Counted from the stretch's first letter, positions 1 to 10,859 are shown. The stretch: DNA of 64,000 nt from Qipengyuania sp. (GCF_964227205.1 NZ_CAXQVB010000006.1:118579-182578), one strand, 5' to 3'. Notes: generated by a model from the sequence alone, not told the origin. Program-made: numbers and translations.

Positions 1-617
1 AATCGACCCCGTTCTATCCGCGCAGCCCCTACGGAGTATCCAAGCTTTTCGCGCATTGGATCACGAAGAACTATCGCGAATCCTTCGACCTGAAGGCGAG
101 TTCGGGGATCCTTTTCAATCATGAATCCCCCCTGCGCGGACGGGAATTCGTGACCCGCAAAATTTCCTTGGCGATGTCGCGCATCGCGCTCGGGGAGCAG
201 GATGTACTCGAACTCGGCAATCTCGGCGCGCAACGCGACTGGGGCTTTGCTGGCGATTACGTCGAAGGAATGTGGCGCATTATCAATGCCGAGCCGCGAG
301 ACGATTATGTTCTCGCCACCGGCGAGACCCATACGATCCGGGAATTCGCCGAACTCGCCGGCGCTCAGCTCGGAATGGAACTCGCCTGGGAAGGCGAAGG
401 GGTCGAAGAAAAGGGTATCGATACCAAGACCGGCAGGACGATCGTTCAGGTCAATCCGAAGTTCTTCCGGCCTGCCGAAGTGGACCTCTTGCTGGGGGAC
501 GCGAGCCGCGCCGAGAACGAACTCGGGTGGGAACGCAAGGTCAGCTTCCCGCAGCTGGTCGAGATGATGGTGCGCGAAGATTACGACCTGCTCAAGGCCG
601 GTCGGCTCAACCACTGA
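1..617 (+). CDS. gmd: GDP-mannose 4,6-dehydratase, 5'-truncated by window
   Basis: Frame open from position 3: STPFYPRSPYGVSKLFAHWITKNYRESF...GILFNHESPLRGREFVTRK, then GNLGAQRDWG; canonical Gmd motifs. Confidence 0.96.
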   Translation, partial: STPFYPRSPYGVSKLFAHWITKNYRESFDLKASSGILFNHESPLRGREFVTRKISLAMSRIALGEQDVLELGNLGAQRDWGFAGDYVEGMWRIINAEPRDDYVLATGETHTIREFAELAGAQLGMELAWEGEGVEEKGIDTKTGRTIVQVNPKFFRPAEVDLLLGDASRAENELGWERKVSFPQLVEMMVREDYDLLKAGRLNH

Positions 618-671
618 TCGTGGTCACCGCCGGGGCATGACCCGGCGGTCCGGAAGGAAGACTAGGGTTCG

Positions 672-1751
672 ATGGTAAAGCCGACGATAATGGTCGATGG
701 GCATGTGCTCGATGGATCGCCGCAAGGAAGCGGCGCCTATCTTGCCGGTCTGTATGGAGAATTGTCGCGCGAGGGTTTGGCGCGAGTGGTGCTGTGCTGT
801 CACAAGGAAGAAAGTCTGTCGCGCTGGTTTCCAGATGCGCCGGATATCGAGTGGCAGCCGTTGCATTCGACCGGCCGGTTCAAGCGACTGGCAGTGGAGC
901 TGCCGCGGCTCCAAGCGAGGCTGAAGCCCGACTTCGCGCATTTCAACTATATCTGCCCGCTTCGAAAAACCGGGCCCTGGATCAATGTGATCCACGACCT
1001 GCTGTTCCTCGACCACCCGCAGTACTTCCCTCTGAGCTATCGGCTCAAGAACGCCACCTTGTTTCGCATCAGCGCGATGCGTAGCGAGAAGGTCATTACC
1101 AGCTCGCACTACTCTCGCGATGCGATCCATCGCCACTTCGGGATCCCGCTTGAGCGCGTGCATGTCGTGCCGGCGGCGCCCGATGCCTTTGTCGATGCGC
1201 CAGACTCCGCGGTTCCCGACCTGACGCCCGGACGTTTCGTCGTCTATGTCAGCCGTTTCGAGCCGCGCAAGAACCAGCATGCGCTGGTTCGGGCTTTTCG
1301 CGAAATATTGGGCGAGCTCGATCGGAACCAGTCGCTGGTTCTGGTCGGTTCTCCCGCGCTCGAATATCCGGAACTGGAAGATGCCCTGGCGCTCGCGGGA
1401 AATCGTGTGCGCCACCTTTCCAACATCAGCCACGCGCAGCTCACGTGGCTTTATCGAAACGCCTGTGCGTCGATCTATCCTTCGCATGCAGAAGGCTTCG
1501 GCATGCCGATCATCGAAGCCGTCGCGGCCGGAGGCATATCCTATTGCGCCGACAATACCGCCATGTCCGAACTGGTCCCCTACGTCCACGGGAGCTTCGA
1601 GCCTGATGATCCCGAGCAGATCAGGGCTACTGTGAGGCGTGCATTTGGGGAGAGCCGCCGGGATTCGGACGATAGGGTTCGCGAGCGGATGCTGGAAACC
1701 TTCTCGTGGAAGGCATCCGCGCATGCTCTGATCGAGGCGCTCCGTGCCTGA
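672..1751 (+). CDS. Glycosyltransferase family 4 (GT-B)
   Basis: C-terminal AEGFGMPIIEAVAAG (E-x7-E) motif and SRFEPRKN; polysaccharide context. Confidence 0.88.
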   Translation: MVKPTIMVDGHVLDGSPQGSGAYLAGLYGELSREGLARVVLCCHKEESLSRWFPDAPDIEWQPLHSTGRFKRLAVELPRLQARLKPDFAHFNYICPLRKTGPWINVIHDLLFLDHPQYFPLSYRLKNATLFRISAMRSEKVITSSHYSRDAIHRHFGIPLERVHVVPAAPDAFVDAPDSAVPDLTPGRFVVYVSRFEPRKNQHALVRAFREILGELDRNQSLVLVGSPALEYPELEDALALAGNRVRHLSNISHAQLTWLYRNACASIYPSHAEGFGMPIIEAVAAGGISYCADNTAMSELVPYVHGSFEPDDPEQIRATVRRAFGESRRDSDDRVRERMLETFSWKASAHALIEALRA

Positions 1752-2838
1752 TTTGGTTAAGCACAGGGTCGCCATCCTCGGCACCGTCGGCGTTCCCGCA
1801 AATTATGGCGGGTTCGAAACGCTTGCGGAGAACCTTGTGGGCTATCACGAGGAGACCGGCAACTCGCTCGAGCTGACGGTCTATTGCTCTTCGAAAGGGG
1901 CTGACTCGCAACCGGCGCGTTATCGAAGTGCAGCGCTGGAGTACGTCGGGTTCGACGCGAACGGTGTACAGTCGATACCCTATGACATGGTCGGTCTGTT
2001 CGACGCCGTGCGAAAGGGGCACGACAGGCTGCTGCTGTTGGGCGTTTCGGGAGCGTTGATCCTGCCCTTGCTCAAGCTCTTCTCTCGCGCGCGCGTCATA
2101 ACCAACGTCGATGGGATCGAGTGGAAACGAGAGAAGTGGAAAGGCTTGGCCAAGCACTATCTGCGTTTTGCCGAGTTTGTCGCCGTCAAGGCATCGGACG
2201 AGGTCATCGCGGACAATCAGGCGATCGCCGACTATTTGAAGGAGGCCTATGGCTGCGAGGCGCACGTGATCCCCTACGGCGGAGACCATGCCGTTGAGGC
2301 CGATCCCGATCCCCTTGCCGTGGCGAATCTGCCAGATGGATATGCCTTGGGGCTTTGCAGGATCGAGCCCGAAAACAACATTGCGATGATACTCGAGGCT
2401 TTCGACGGGCTGGGAATGCCGCTGGTATTCGTCGGCAATTGGGACAAGAGCCGCTACGGCCGCGAACTCAAGCACAAGTACGCCGGGCATCCCACCATCA
2501 CGATACATGATCCGGTTTACGATCCGCGCGGCCTGCGGGCAATTCGCGATGGGGCCTCGTTATACCTGCACGGACACTCGGCCGGCGGAACAAATCCGGC
2601 GCTGGTCGAAATGATGCATTTCGGGATTCCGATCGCGGCACATGGCTGCGCCTTCAACCGCCATACGACCGAAGGCCGGGCGCTCTATTTCACCAGTGCA
2701 GCGGAATTGCGTGCGCTGCTCTCGCAAATGTCCGCTGGAGAGGCCAAGGCCATCGGCGAAACAATGTGCGAGATCGCCTCGCGTCGTTACACCTGGGCCT
2801 CTATCGGACGGGCCTATTTCGAATTGTTGGAGGCATAA
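1744..2838 (+). CDS. DUF1972-type glycosyltransferase (probable rhamnosyltransferase)
   Basis: GTVGVPANYGGFET, NVDGIEWKREKW, RIEPENN, HGHSAGGTNPALVEMM; GTG start overlaps the previous stop. Confidence 0.85.
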   Translation: MPDLVKHRVAILGTVGVPANYGGFETLAENLVGYHEETGNSLELTVYCSSKGADSQPARYRSAALEYVGFDANGVQSIPYDMVGLFDAVRKGHDRLLLLGVSGALILPLLKLFSRARVITNVDGIEWKREKWKGLAKHYLRFAEFVAVKASDEVIADNQAIADYLKEAYGCEAHVIPYGGDHAVEADPDPLAVANLPDGYALGLCRIEPENNIAMILEAFDGLGMPLVFVGNWDKSRYGRELKHKYAGHPTITIHDPVYDPRGLRAIRDGASLYLHGHSAGGTNPALVEMMHFGIPIAAHGCAFNRHTTEGRALYFTSAAELRALLSQMSAGEAKAIGETMCEIASRRYTWASIGRAYFELLEA

Positions 2839-3404
2839 TGCTGGAAGTCGAGGCAACACCGCTTCCCGATGTTCTCATCCTGAAACCACGCCGGTTCGGC
2901 GATGACAGGGGGTGGTTCTGCGAAACGTGGAATTCAGGCAGGATGCGCGAGCACGGCCTCGATTTCGTTTTCGTGCAGGATAACCATTCCTTTTCGGCCG
3001 ACGTCGGGACGCTTCGCGGGCTGCACTACCAGTCGCCGCCGCGCGCGCAGGACAAGCTGGTACGCTGCAGCCGGGGAGCAATCCGCGACGTTGTGGTAGA
3101 CGCGCGCAACGGGTCGCCCACCTTCGGAAAATGGGTGGCGATCGAGATCTCGGCGGAAGACGGGCGCCAGGTTCTGGTGCCCAAGGGATTCCTTCATGGC
3201 TTCGTCACGATGGCTCCCGATACCGAAGTGCAGTATAAGGTGACCGAATTCTATGATGCGGATTGCGACGGGTCGGTTGCCTGGGACAGTCTGGATATTG
3301 ACTGGGGGCTCGACGGATCGAGGCCGATCCTGTCTGACAAGGATATCGTGGCACCGGCCTTCGCGGACTGGCATTCACCCTTCACATATGAGCGGGCATC
3401 ATGA
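2838..3404 (+). CDS. rmlC: dTDP-4-dehydrorhamnose 3,5-epimerase
   Basis: [49 protein letters not shown]; ATG at 2838 shares a base with the upstream TAA. Confidence 0.95.
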   Translation: MLEVEATPLPDVLILKPRRFGDDRGWFCETWNSGRMREHGLDFVFVQDNHSFSADVGTLRGLHYQSPPRAQDKLVRCSRGAIRDVVVDARNGSPTFGKWVAIEISAEDGRQVLVPKGFLHGFVTMAPDTEVQYKVTEFYDADCDGSVAWDSLDIDWGLDGSRPILSDKDIVAPAFADWHSPFTYERAS

Positions 3405-4456
3405 AAATTCTGGTTACCGGCGGCGCCGGCTTTATCGGCTCGGCGGTCGTTCGCCTTGCAATTGGCCGCGGCCATAGCGTGGTTAATGTCGACGCGTTGA
3501 CCTACGCTGCTTGCCTCGAAAATCTCGCATCTGTCGCCGACGATCGGGCCTACGCGTTCATTCACGCGGATATTCGCGATCGCGGGGCGCTCGACAGAAT
3601 TTTCGCTGACCACCACCCCGATGCGGTGATGCATCTCGCTGCGGAAAGCCACGTGGACCGTTCGATCGACGGGCCGGGCGAATTCATGGAAACCAATATT
3701 CTCGGCACGTTCAACATGTTGGAGGCTGCTCGGAAATATTGGGTCGAGCAGGGCAAATCCGCTAATTTCCGCTTCCACCACATCAGTACCGATGAGGTTT
3801 ATGGCTCGTTGCCGGCCGACCCCGAAGTTCAGTTCACCGAAGACACGCCCTACGATCCGCGTAGCCCATACTCGGCATCCAAAGCCAGTTCGGACCATCT
3901 GGTCCGGGCGTGGGCGGAAACCTATGGCCTGCCCATTTTGGTAACCAACTGTTCGAACAATTACGGCCCCTACCACTTTCCGGAAAAACTGATCCCGGTT
4001 GTCACTATCAACGCGCTTCATGGGAAGCCGCTGCCGATATACGGTGACGGGTCGAATGTACGCGACTGGCTTTATGTGGAAGACCACGCGGATGCATTGC
4101 TGCTGGTGCTGGAGAAGGGGGCGGTCGGCCGCACATACAATATCGGAGGGGAGAACGAATGTTCCAACCTGGCCTTGGTCACGACGATTTGCGAAATACT
4201 CGACCGGCTCCGCCCGCGTGCAGACGGTCGCCCCTATTCCGAACTGATTACGTTCGTTGAGGACAGGCCGGGCCACGATGCCCGCTACGCAATCGATCCA
4301 TCTCGTATCCGCGAAGAGCTCGGCTGGCGACCATCGGTTACGATCGAAGAAGGCTTGGAAAAGACTGTCCGATGGTATCTCGACAATGAAGAATGGTGGC
4401 GTCCACTGATGCAGCGCCAGGGCGTGGGACAGCGTTTGGGCTCAGGCAAACGGTAA
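3401..4456 (+). CDS. rmlB: dTDP-glucose 4,6-dehydratase
   Basis: [39 protein letters not shown]. Confidence 0.97.
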   Translation: MKILVTGGAGFIGSAVVRLAIGRGHSVVNVDALTYAACLENLASVADDRAYAFIHADIRDRGALDRIFADHHPDAVMHLAAESHVDRSIDGPGEFMETNILGTFNMLEAARKYWVEQGKSANFRFHHISTDEVYGSLPADPEVQFTEDTPYDPRSPYSASKASSDHLVRAWAETYGLPILVTNCSNNYGPYHFPEKLIPVVTINALHGKPLPIYGDGSNVRDWLYVEDHADALLLVLEKGAVGRTYNIGGENECSNLALVTTICEILDRLRPRADGRPYSELITFVEDRPGHDARYAIDPSRIREELGWRPSVTIEEGLEKTVRWYLDNEEWWRPLMQRQGVGQRLGSGKR

Positions 4457-4461
4457 CCGCC

Positions 4462-5313
4462 ATGGCGATTCTCGTTTTCGGCAAGACCGGCCAGGTGGCG
4501 CGCGAGTTGCAAGCACGCGCGCCCGTTCTGGCGATCGGGCGCGACGAGGCAGACTTGTCGGATCCGGTGGCTTGCGCTGCAGTAATCGCTTCTCGATTGC
4601 CCAGCGCGGTGATCAACGCGGCCGCATACACCGGCGTAGACAAGGCGGAGGAAGAGGAAGCCCTTGCGACCCTCGTCAATGGCGAGGCTCCAACGGCCAT
4701 GGCGAAAGCTTGCGCAGCCCTCGACATTCCGTTCGTCCACATATCTACCGATTATGTATTCGACGGCTCGGGACACCGGCCATGGCAACCGCGCGATCCT
4801 CGCCATCCGTCCAACGCATACGGTCGCAGTAAACTGAAGGGCGAGCGAGGTGTGGAAGAGGCGGGGGGGCGTTTCGCAGTCCTGCGCACCAGTTGGGTTT
4901 TTTCGAGCCACGGGAATAATTTCCTCAAGACAATGGTTCGCCTTTCCGAAACTCATTCGGAACTGAAGGTAGTCGATGACCAGATCGGCGGACCGACGCC
5001 GGCAGCCCACATCGCCGACGCGTGCCTCCGGATCGCTCGAGAGTTGCAGCAGGATGCCGGAAAATCGGGCCTGTATCATTTCAGTGGCGCCCCCAATGTA
5101 TCCTGGGCCAACTTCGCCCGTACGATCTTTGACGTGGCAGGCAGGGAAATGTCAGTTCTCGGGATACCGACCAGCGAATATCCGACGGCTGCGGTGCGGC
5201 CGCTGAACTCGCGGCTCGATTGCAGCGCAACTGTCGAGGCGTTCGACATCGCGCAACCCGACTGGCGTCAGGCAGTCAAACAGATACTGGACGAAATGGA
5301 GATCGCACCATGA
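4462..5313 (+). CDS. rmlD: dTDP-4-dehydrorhamnose reductase
   Basis: MAILVFGKTGQVA, NAAAYTGVDKAE, HISTDYVFDG, YGRSKLKGE, VDDQIGGPT. Confidence 0.95.
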   Translation: MAILVFGKTGQVARELQARAPVLAIGRDEADLSDPVACAAVIASRLPSAVINAAAYTGVDKAEEEEALATLVNGEAPTAMAKACAALDIPFVHISTDYVFDGSGHRPWQPRDPRHPSNAYGRSKLKGERGVEEAGGRFAVLRTSWVFSSHGNNFLKTMVRLSETHSELKVVDDQIGGPTPAAHIADACLRIARELQQDAGKSGLYHFSGAPNVSWANFARTIFDVAGREMSVLGIPTSEYPTAAVRPLNSRLDCSATVEAFDIAQPDWRQAVKQILDEMEIAP

Positions 5314-6200
5314 CGATGCAGCGCAAGGGCATCATTCTCGCTGGAGGGTCCGGTACCCGGCTCTATCCCGTCACCTTGGGGGTCTCGAAACAACTCCTTC
5401 CAATCTTCGACAAGCCGATGATCTACTATCCGCTCAGCGTACTCATGCTGGCGGGTATCCGCGAAATCGCGGTCATCACGACACCGGAAGATCGGGCGCA
5501 ATTCATCCGCACGCTCGGCGATGGCAGCCAGTGGGGCATAAGCTTGACATTTATCGAGCAACCGAGCCCGGACGGTCTGGCCCAAGCGTATTTGTTGGCG
5601 GAGGATTTCCTGGATGGCGCCCCGTCCGCGATGGTGCTCGGCGACAACATCTTTTTCGGACATGGGTTGCCCGAGCAACTTTCGGCTGCATCCGATCAGG
5701 CCGAAGGTGGCACCGTTTTCGGATACAGGGTTGCGGATCCCGAGCGGTATGGCGTGGTCGATTTCGCCAGCGATGGGTCGGTGCGGTCGATTGTCGAGAA
5801 GCCAGAAGTGCCGGCCTCCAATTTCGCGGTGACCGGTCTGTACTTCTTGGATGGGAGCGCACCCCAGCGCGCGGCGAGCGTGAAGCCGTCTGCCCGTGGT
5901 GAACTTGAAATTACTTCTCTTCTTGACAGCTACCTCGACGATGGCCTGCTCAAAGTCGGGCTCCTGGGAAGAGGGTATGCCTGGCTTGACACGGGCACTC
6001 ACGCCAGCCTGCTGGATGCGGGGAACTTTGTGCGCACTATCGAGGAGCGGCAAGGTCTCCAGACCGGCAGCCCCGACGAGATCGCCTACCGTCTGGGGTG
6101 GATTTCCGCGCAGCAATTGGCCGAGCGGGCGGAAATTTTCGGGAAGAACGCCTATGGCCGCTATCTTGAGGACCTGCTGGGAGAGAGTATCTCGTCTTAG
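5310..6200 (+). CDS. rmlA: Glucose-1-phosphate thymidylyltransferase
   Basis: GIILAGGSGTRLYP, SKQLLPIFDKPMIYYPLS, SARGELEIT, AWLDTGT; ATGA overlap with rmlD stop. Confidence 0.97.
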   Translation: MTMQRKGIILAGGSGTRLYPVTLGVSKQLLPIFDKPMIYYPLSVLMLAGIREIAVITTPEDRAQFIRTLGDGSQWGISLTFIEQPSPDGLAQAYLLAEDFLDGAPSAMVLGDNIFFGHGLPEQLSAASDQAEGGTVFGYRVADPERYGVVDFASDGSVRSIVEKPEVPASNFAVTGLYFLDGSAPQRAASVKPSARGELEITSLLDSYLDDGLLKVGLLGRGYAWLDTGTHASLLDAGNFVRTIEERQGLQTGSPDEIAYRLGWISAQQLAERAEIFGKNAYGRYLEDLLGESISS

Positions 6201-6522
6201 GCTCGAGGCAATACCGGCATGACTGGCGAAGAAGGGAATTCAAATGCCGCGTTTTGGCCACCTTTTCAGGAAACGCCGAATGGGCAATGTCACAAGCATC
6301 GAGCAATCATGCAACCGGGATGGCAACTTCCATTTTCAGCCAGGCTTCAGATTGGCAAACCCAGTGCAATCTGCTGATGGGATAGATAGGCGGTTGCGGG
6401 GGTGAGCAATGACGGAATTGTACCTGTGGATAGTAGAATGAGGTCATCGTTCGGCTACGTCCGCAGATGGTCGACGAACCGAAGGTCGCGCAGTCGGCGC
6501 CAAACGGGATGGGCAAATTTGC

Positions 6523-7956
6523 ATGGATAGTGGTCGCGTGCCGGTTCGCCGGACAGGAAGTTCTAGCAGCGGTCGAGCGCAAGGTTGGCTGATATTGAGC
6601 CTCTTCGCCGCTTTGGTCGCGCTCACCGGCGGTGCGTCGAGATATGACGCGATTCAAATCGTTCCATTGCGAGCATTATCCGCTCTCTTTTTGATTCCCG
6701 CGTTCTACTATCTGACGCTGGAAAGCATCAAGGGACAGCGCGCGCTGTTCATTCTCTTCGGTTGTTATGCGCTGCTGGTCTCGGTTCAGCTGGTACCTCT
6801 TCCACCTTCACTCTGGCAGGGACTTCCGGATCGAAGCGATCTGGCCCAGTTGGATTCGGCTCTCGGTTTCCAAGACGTTTGGCGCCCCCTCACCTTGACC
6901 CCGATGCGCAGCTGGAATGTCTTGGGTAGCCTCGTCGTCCCGGCGGCAGGTCTACTACTCGCGGTTGCCTTGCGCGGGTCGGCGCGTGTGATTTTGCGGG
7001 TGATTGCGGGGCTTGGCGTTCTCAATGCCGTACTGGGACTGCTCCAGATCGTTACCGGGAAATCCAGTGTCTTCTACTTCTACGAGCTCACCAATAGGGG
7101 CTCTCCGGTCGGCATTTTTGCGAACGAGAATCATGCAGCAATCTTTGCCGCCTGTTCCCTTTTGGTTGTCACCTCGCTCGCATTGAGGGCGCGTGAAGTG
7201 CAGAGTGCGAGTTGGGAGCGTCTGATCTACCCCGTCGCTTTCGTATTTATCCTCCTAACAGCACTGGTCGGTGCTTCGCGTGCCGGCCTGGCGGCCACTC
7301 TCGGTGCGGTCGTCATTTCGCTTGTCATGCTCTTTCTTTCGCCGCGCACCAGTCGAGGTCATTCGGTGAACGATCCTGTGAGGCGCTGGCTCGACAAGCA
7401 TTCGGGCCTGGTGGTGATAGTGCCGGTCGTCGCCATAACACTCACTGCGGCGACCTTCATGTTGCTCGATCGAACGCCAGCTTTTCAGGATTTGCTTTCG
7501 AGAGACAGTTTGGCAGATTTGAGGTGGTCCTTGTGGCCAGTCATCGCGGCGATGATTGCCACTCACTGGGCGCTAGGCACGGGGTTTGGATCTTTCGAGC
7601 AGGTTTACAATATTTATGAGCCATCGGAATTGCTGATGCCTCAATACGTGAATCAGGCGCACAACGACTGGGCTCAGTTCGTTATTGAGGGCGGGATTCC
7701 CGGGGTGCTGATTCTAATCGCGCTTTTCGTTTGGATGGCCCGCGCAATCGTGAAGATTGCCGCCAAGAATTCGGCGAGGGTAAATGCGCTTTTTTGGGTG
7801 AGTATTTTCGCTATCGTTGGGGTTGCTTCGTTGGTCGATTACCCCCTAAGGACGCCGATCTTCCAACTGGTTGCGATTTGGCTTCTCGTGGCTCTTTCAC
7901 GAGACATGCGCGACCGGCATGGGAGGGAAGTGAATGCGGCAAACCGTGTGCCTTGA
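6523..7956 (+). CDS. O-antigen ligase/polymerase (Wzy_C) family membrane protein
   Basis: Many hydrophobic segments; FANENH, ASRAG, GTGFGSF and QAHNDW motifs; start codon uncertain. Confidence 0.85.
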   Translation: MDSGRVPVRRTGSSSSGRAQGWLILSLFAALVALTGGASRYDAIQIVPLRALSALFLIPAFYYLTLESIKGQRALFILFGCYALLVSVQLVPLPPSLWQGLPDRSDLAQLDSALGFQDVWRPLTLTPMRSWNVLGSLVVPAAGLLLAVALRGSARVILRVIAGLGVLNAVLGLLQIVTGKSSVFYFYELTNRGSPVGIFANENHAAIFAACSLLVVTSLALRAREVQSASWERLIYPVAFVFILLTALVGASRAGLAATLGAVVISLVMLFLSPRTSRGHSVNDPVRRWLDKHSGLVVIVPVVAITLTAATFMLLDRTPAFQDLLSRDSLADLRWSLWPVIAAMIATHWALGTGFGSFEQVYNIYEPSELLMPQYVNQAHNDWAQFVIEGGIPGVLILIALFVWMARAIVKIAAKNSARVNALFWVSIFAIVGVASLVDYPLRTPIFQLVAIWLLVALSRDMRDRHGREVNAANRVP

Positions 7957-7995
7957 AAGCTGTCGTCGTATCGGAGTTGCGCTAAGGCGCTCATC

Positions 7996-8721
7996 ATGAA
8001 GAAGATCAACTCGGTGAAGAAATTCAGAGCGGCCATCAGTGGCTTGGCGCTCGTCCTCGTTTTGTCGGGATGTGCTACGGACCGAAGCTATGGCAAGGCG
8101 CCGGGTATTGAGATTGCGGAGCTCGAAGAGTTGCCGGCGCCAGGTGTCGAAAATCTCTATGTTATCGGCCCTCAAGAAAGGTTGCAGGTGGACGTCGTGG
8201 GTGCGGAGCGTCTGAGCGGCACCTACCTCACGGACGGTCAGGGGCGGATCAACTTCCCGCTGGTAGGCATCCTCGATCTCAATGGCCTCGCGCCCAGCGA
8301 TGCCGCAGGTTTGATCGCCAAATTTCTCGAGGGACGCTATCTTCTCAATCCACAGGTAAGAGTGATCCCTTCTGAAATTCCCCCACCCACGGTCTCTGTG
8401 GGCGGCCAGGTGAATAAGCCGGGGGAATATGCGGTTCTTGGTCGGCAAACGCTTCTGCGTGTCGTCAACCAAGCGGGTGGTCTCGCTGAATATGCCAAGC
8501 TGGACGATGTCCTGGTTCTGCGTACGGTCGATGGTCAGCGCTATATTGGCGCGTATAACATCCAGGCTATTCAACGCGGAAACTACGGAGATCCCACCGT
8601 CTACCCCAATGACATCGTCATCGTCGGGGACTCGCCAAGTCGAAGGCGTTTGGACAGTATTTTGCGATTTGCTCCGCTACTTTCGACTTCTGCCATTTTG
8701 ATTGATCGGATCGGACGTTGA
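7996..8721 (+). CDS. wza: Polysaccharide export lipoprotein (Wza/GumB type)
   Basis: Lipobox LVLSGC; YVIGPQERL, DGQGRINFPLVG, SLBB-like VSVGGQVNKPGEY. Confidence 0.88.
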   Translation: MKKINSVKKFRAAISGLALVLVLSGCATDRSYGKAPGIEIAELEELPAPGVENLYVIGPQERLQVDVVGAERLSGTYLTDGQGRINFPLVGILDLNGLAPSDAAGLIAKFLEGRYLLNPQVRVIPSEIPPPTVSVGGQVNKPGEYAVLGRQTLLRVVNQAGGLAEYAKLDDVLVLRTVDGQRYIGAYNIQAIQRGNYGDPTVYPNDIVIVGDSPSRRRLDSILRFAPLLSTSAILIDRIGR

Positions 8722-10859
8722 ACAATCTTAATTTTGGTTCGCCCGAGCTTGCCAGGCAGGATGATGGATATGCTCTTGTCGACAATCCCGACGGCAACGG
8801 TTCGTTTGCTCTCGACATCGAGCGCTATTGGCACGAGGCTGTCAGCCTAAAGTATTGGCTTGCAGGCATAGTCGCGCTTGGCATTCTGCTGGGCGTCCTC
8901 GTTACATTGCTGACTACGCCCCTCTACCAAGCAAGTGCGCGCCTCGAAGTTTCGCAGGTTACGGCGGATGTGACCAATCTCGATTCGCTCGAGGTCGACA
9001 GTAAAATTTCCGAGCTCCAGTACCTCAATACCCAGTACGAGCTTCTCGTTTCGAAATTCATGGCCAAGCGGGTCATGGAGGCCGGCAATCTGACCCGCGA
9101 TGAAGCGTTTCGCAATGCCTTCGCACTCGAGGACGGCGGCAATCTCGAAGCGAAAATCGAAGGGGTACTGTTCGACAATATAAGTATCAGTCCGATTACG
9201 CAGTCGAGCTTGGTCGATGTGAAATTCTCCAGTCCTGATCCAGTCGTTTCGGCCGAAATCGCTAATCTGTGGGTCAAGGAGTTTGTGGCGGCGAACTACG
9301 AAAAGCGCTTCGGTGCCAATATCGAGGCCAGAGAATTTCTCCAGAAGCAGATTGCAGAACTTCGTGAACGCCTTGCCCGATCGGAGCAGGACCTTGTCGA
9401 GTATGCGAACGCGAACGGGATACTTGTGCTCAGCGCTGGAGAGGAATCGGGTTCCGAATCGGCCGGGCAGACCTTGATCGGCGCCGATCTGCAGGCGCTC
9501 AATACCGCCTTGGCTGCAGCCGTTGCGGATCGCATCAATGCGCAAGCGGCGGTTGTCGGTGGCAATTTCCCCAGTACGGACCCCCGCAACGAATTGCTGA
9601 CGAACTTGAGCACGGCCGAGGCCGAACTGGCGGTTCTGCGTGCGAATTACGGGCCGGATTATCCGCAAGTTCAGGAAAAGCGGGCCGAGGTGAATTCACT
9701 TCGCGCCGCTATTTCAGGAGGTGCACGCGATCTTCTTCGGTCGGCCAGAGTCAGGGAAGCGGAGCTGCGTGAACAGGTCGAGCAGGCGAAGCAGCGCTTT
9801 CTCGGGCAGCAAGGTCAGGGCATTCGTTACGGGATCTTGAAGCGTGAGGTCGAGACCAACCGGCAAATCTACGATGCATTGCTGCAGCGCTTTAAAGAGC
9901 TGGAGGCATCTGGGGCTGGTGAGAATAACATTCAAATCATCGATTTGGCCGATGTACCGGGCGCGCCGTATGCACCCTCGCTCCTGCTCAACCTCCTGTT
10001 TGCGATCATCGGGAGCGTGGCTCTGGCAGTGGCATTGGTCTATCTGAAGGTTGCCCTTAGCCAGACTTTGCAGGATCCTGAGGATGTGCGCAGGCGTCTC
10101 GGCCTGCCTCTGCTGGGCGCCATTCCTCGCGAGATGAACGGCGAATTGGTTGAATGTCTCACGGAGCGTTCTTCCGAGATCAACGAGGCCTACACGACGG
10201 TTCGAACAAACATGAACTTCCTGACTCCTAAAGGAGCGCCGAAGGTCCTCATGTTAACGTCTTCAGTGCCTGCAGAAGGTAAGAGCATCTCATCCGCCGG
10301 GATCGCCACCAGCTTTGCACAACTTGGCAAGCGCACTCTCCTGATCGATGCCGACCTGCGCAATTCAAAGCTCAAGGATACCCTGAAACTGCATGGCTAC
10401 GACAAGGGCGGCCTGGTTCCTCTCTTGGCAAGTCAAGAGGCTGACATGGCGTCTCAGATTGTCACGCTCGATCAATTTGGTTTCGACTTCTTGCCGATGG
10501 GACGGACCCCGCCGAACCCGGTCGAACTCTTGGCAGGTGAGAAGTTCGCTGAGGTCGTGGAGACTGCCAGGGGTACCTACGACCAGGTCATTATCGACGG
10601 GGCTCCGATGTTGGCACTGGCTGACGCGGTCGAAATGTCGAAGGTCGTCGATGGCGTAATCTTCGTGATCGAGGCAGAGCGGATCAAACTCAGGGGCATC
10701 GAGAATGCAATCGGTCGCCTACGCCGCTCGGGTGCGCAGGTGTTTGGCGCAATAGTTACCAAGGTCAGCCAGAAAAACTCCGCTTACGGCTACGGCTATG
10801 GCTACGGCTATGGCTATGGCTACGGATACGGGGAAGATAAACGCGAGGATCAGGTCTAA
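8718..10859 (+). CDS. wzc: Polysaccharide co-polymerase / BY-kinase (Wzc/GumC family)
   Basis: Two TM segments around a coiled coil; Walker A SVPAEGKS, LIDADLR, Walker B VIIDGAP; C-terminal Tyr cluster. Confidence 0.93.
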   Translation: MNNLNFGSPELARQDDGYALVDNPDGNGSFALDIERYWHEAVSLKYWLAGIVALGILLGVLVTLLTTPLYQASARLEVSQVTADVTNLDSLEVDSKISELQYLNTQYELLVSKFMAKRVMEAGNLTRDEAFRNAFALEDGGNLEAKIEGVLFDNISISPITQSSLVDVKFSSPDPVVSAEIANLWVKEFVAANYEKRFGANIEAREFLQKQIAELRERLARSEQDLVEYANANGILVLSAGEESGSESAGQTLIGADLQALNTALAAAVADRINAQAAVVGGNFPSTDPRNELLTNLSTAEAELAVLRANYGPDYPQVQEKRAEVNSLRAAISGGARDLLRSARVREAELREQVEQAKQRFLGQQGQGIRYGILKREVETNRQIYDALLQRFKELEASGAGENNIQIIDLADVPGAPYAPSLLLNLLFAIIGSVALAVALVYLKVALSQTLQDPEDVRRRLGLPLLGAIPREMNGELVECLTERSSEINEAYTTVRTNMNFLTPKGAPKVLMLTSSVPAEGKSISSAGIATSFAQLGKRTLLIDADLRNSKLKDTLKLHGYDKGGLVPLLASQEADMASQIVTLDQFGFDFLPMGRTPPNPVELLAGEKFAEVVETARGTYDQVIIDGAPMLALADAVEMSKVVDGVIFVIEAERIKLRGIENAIGRLRRSGAQVFGAIVTKVSQKNSAYGYGYGYGYGYGYGYGEDKREDQV
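10785..10832 (+). repeat. 8 x TAYGGH hexamer encoding (YG)8
   Basis: tacggc tacggc tatggc tacggc tatggc tatggc tacgga tacggg. Confidence 0.95.
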
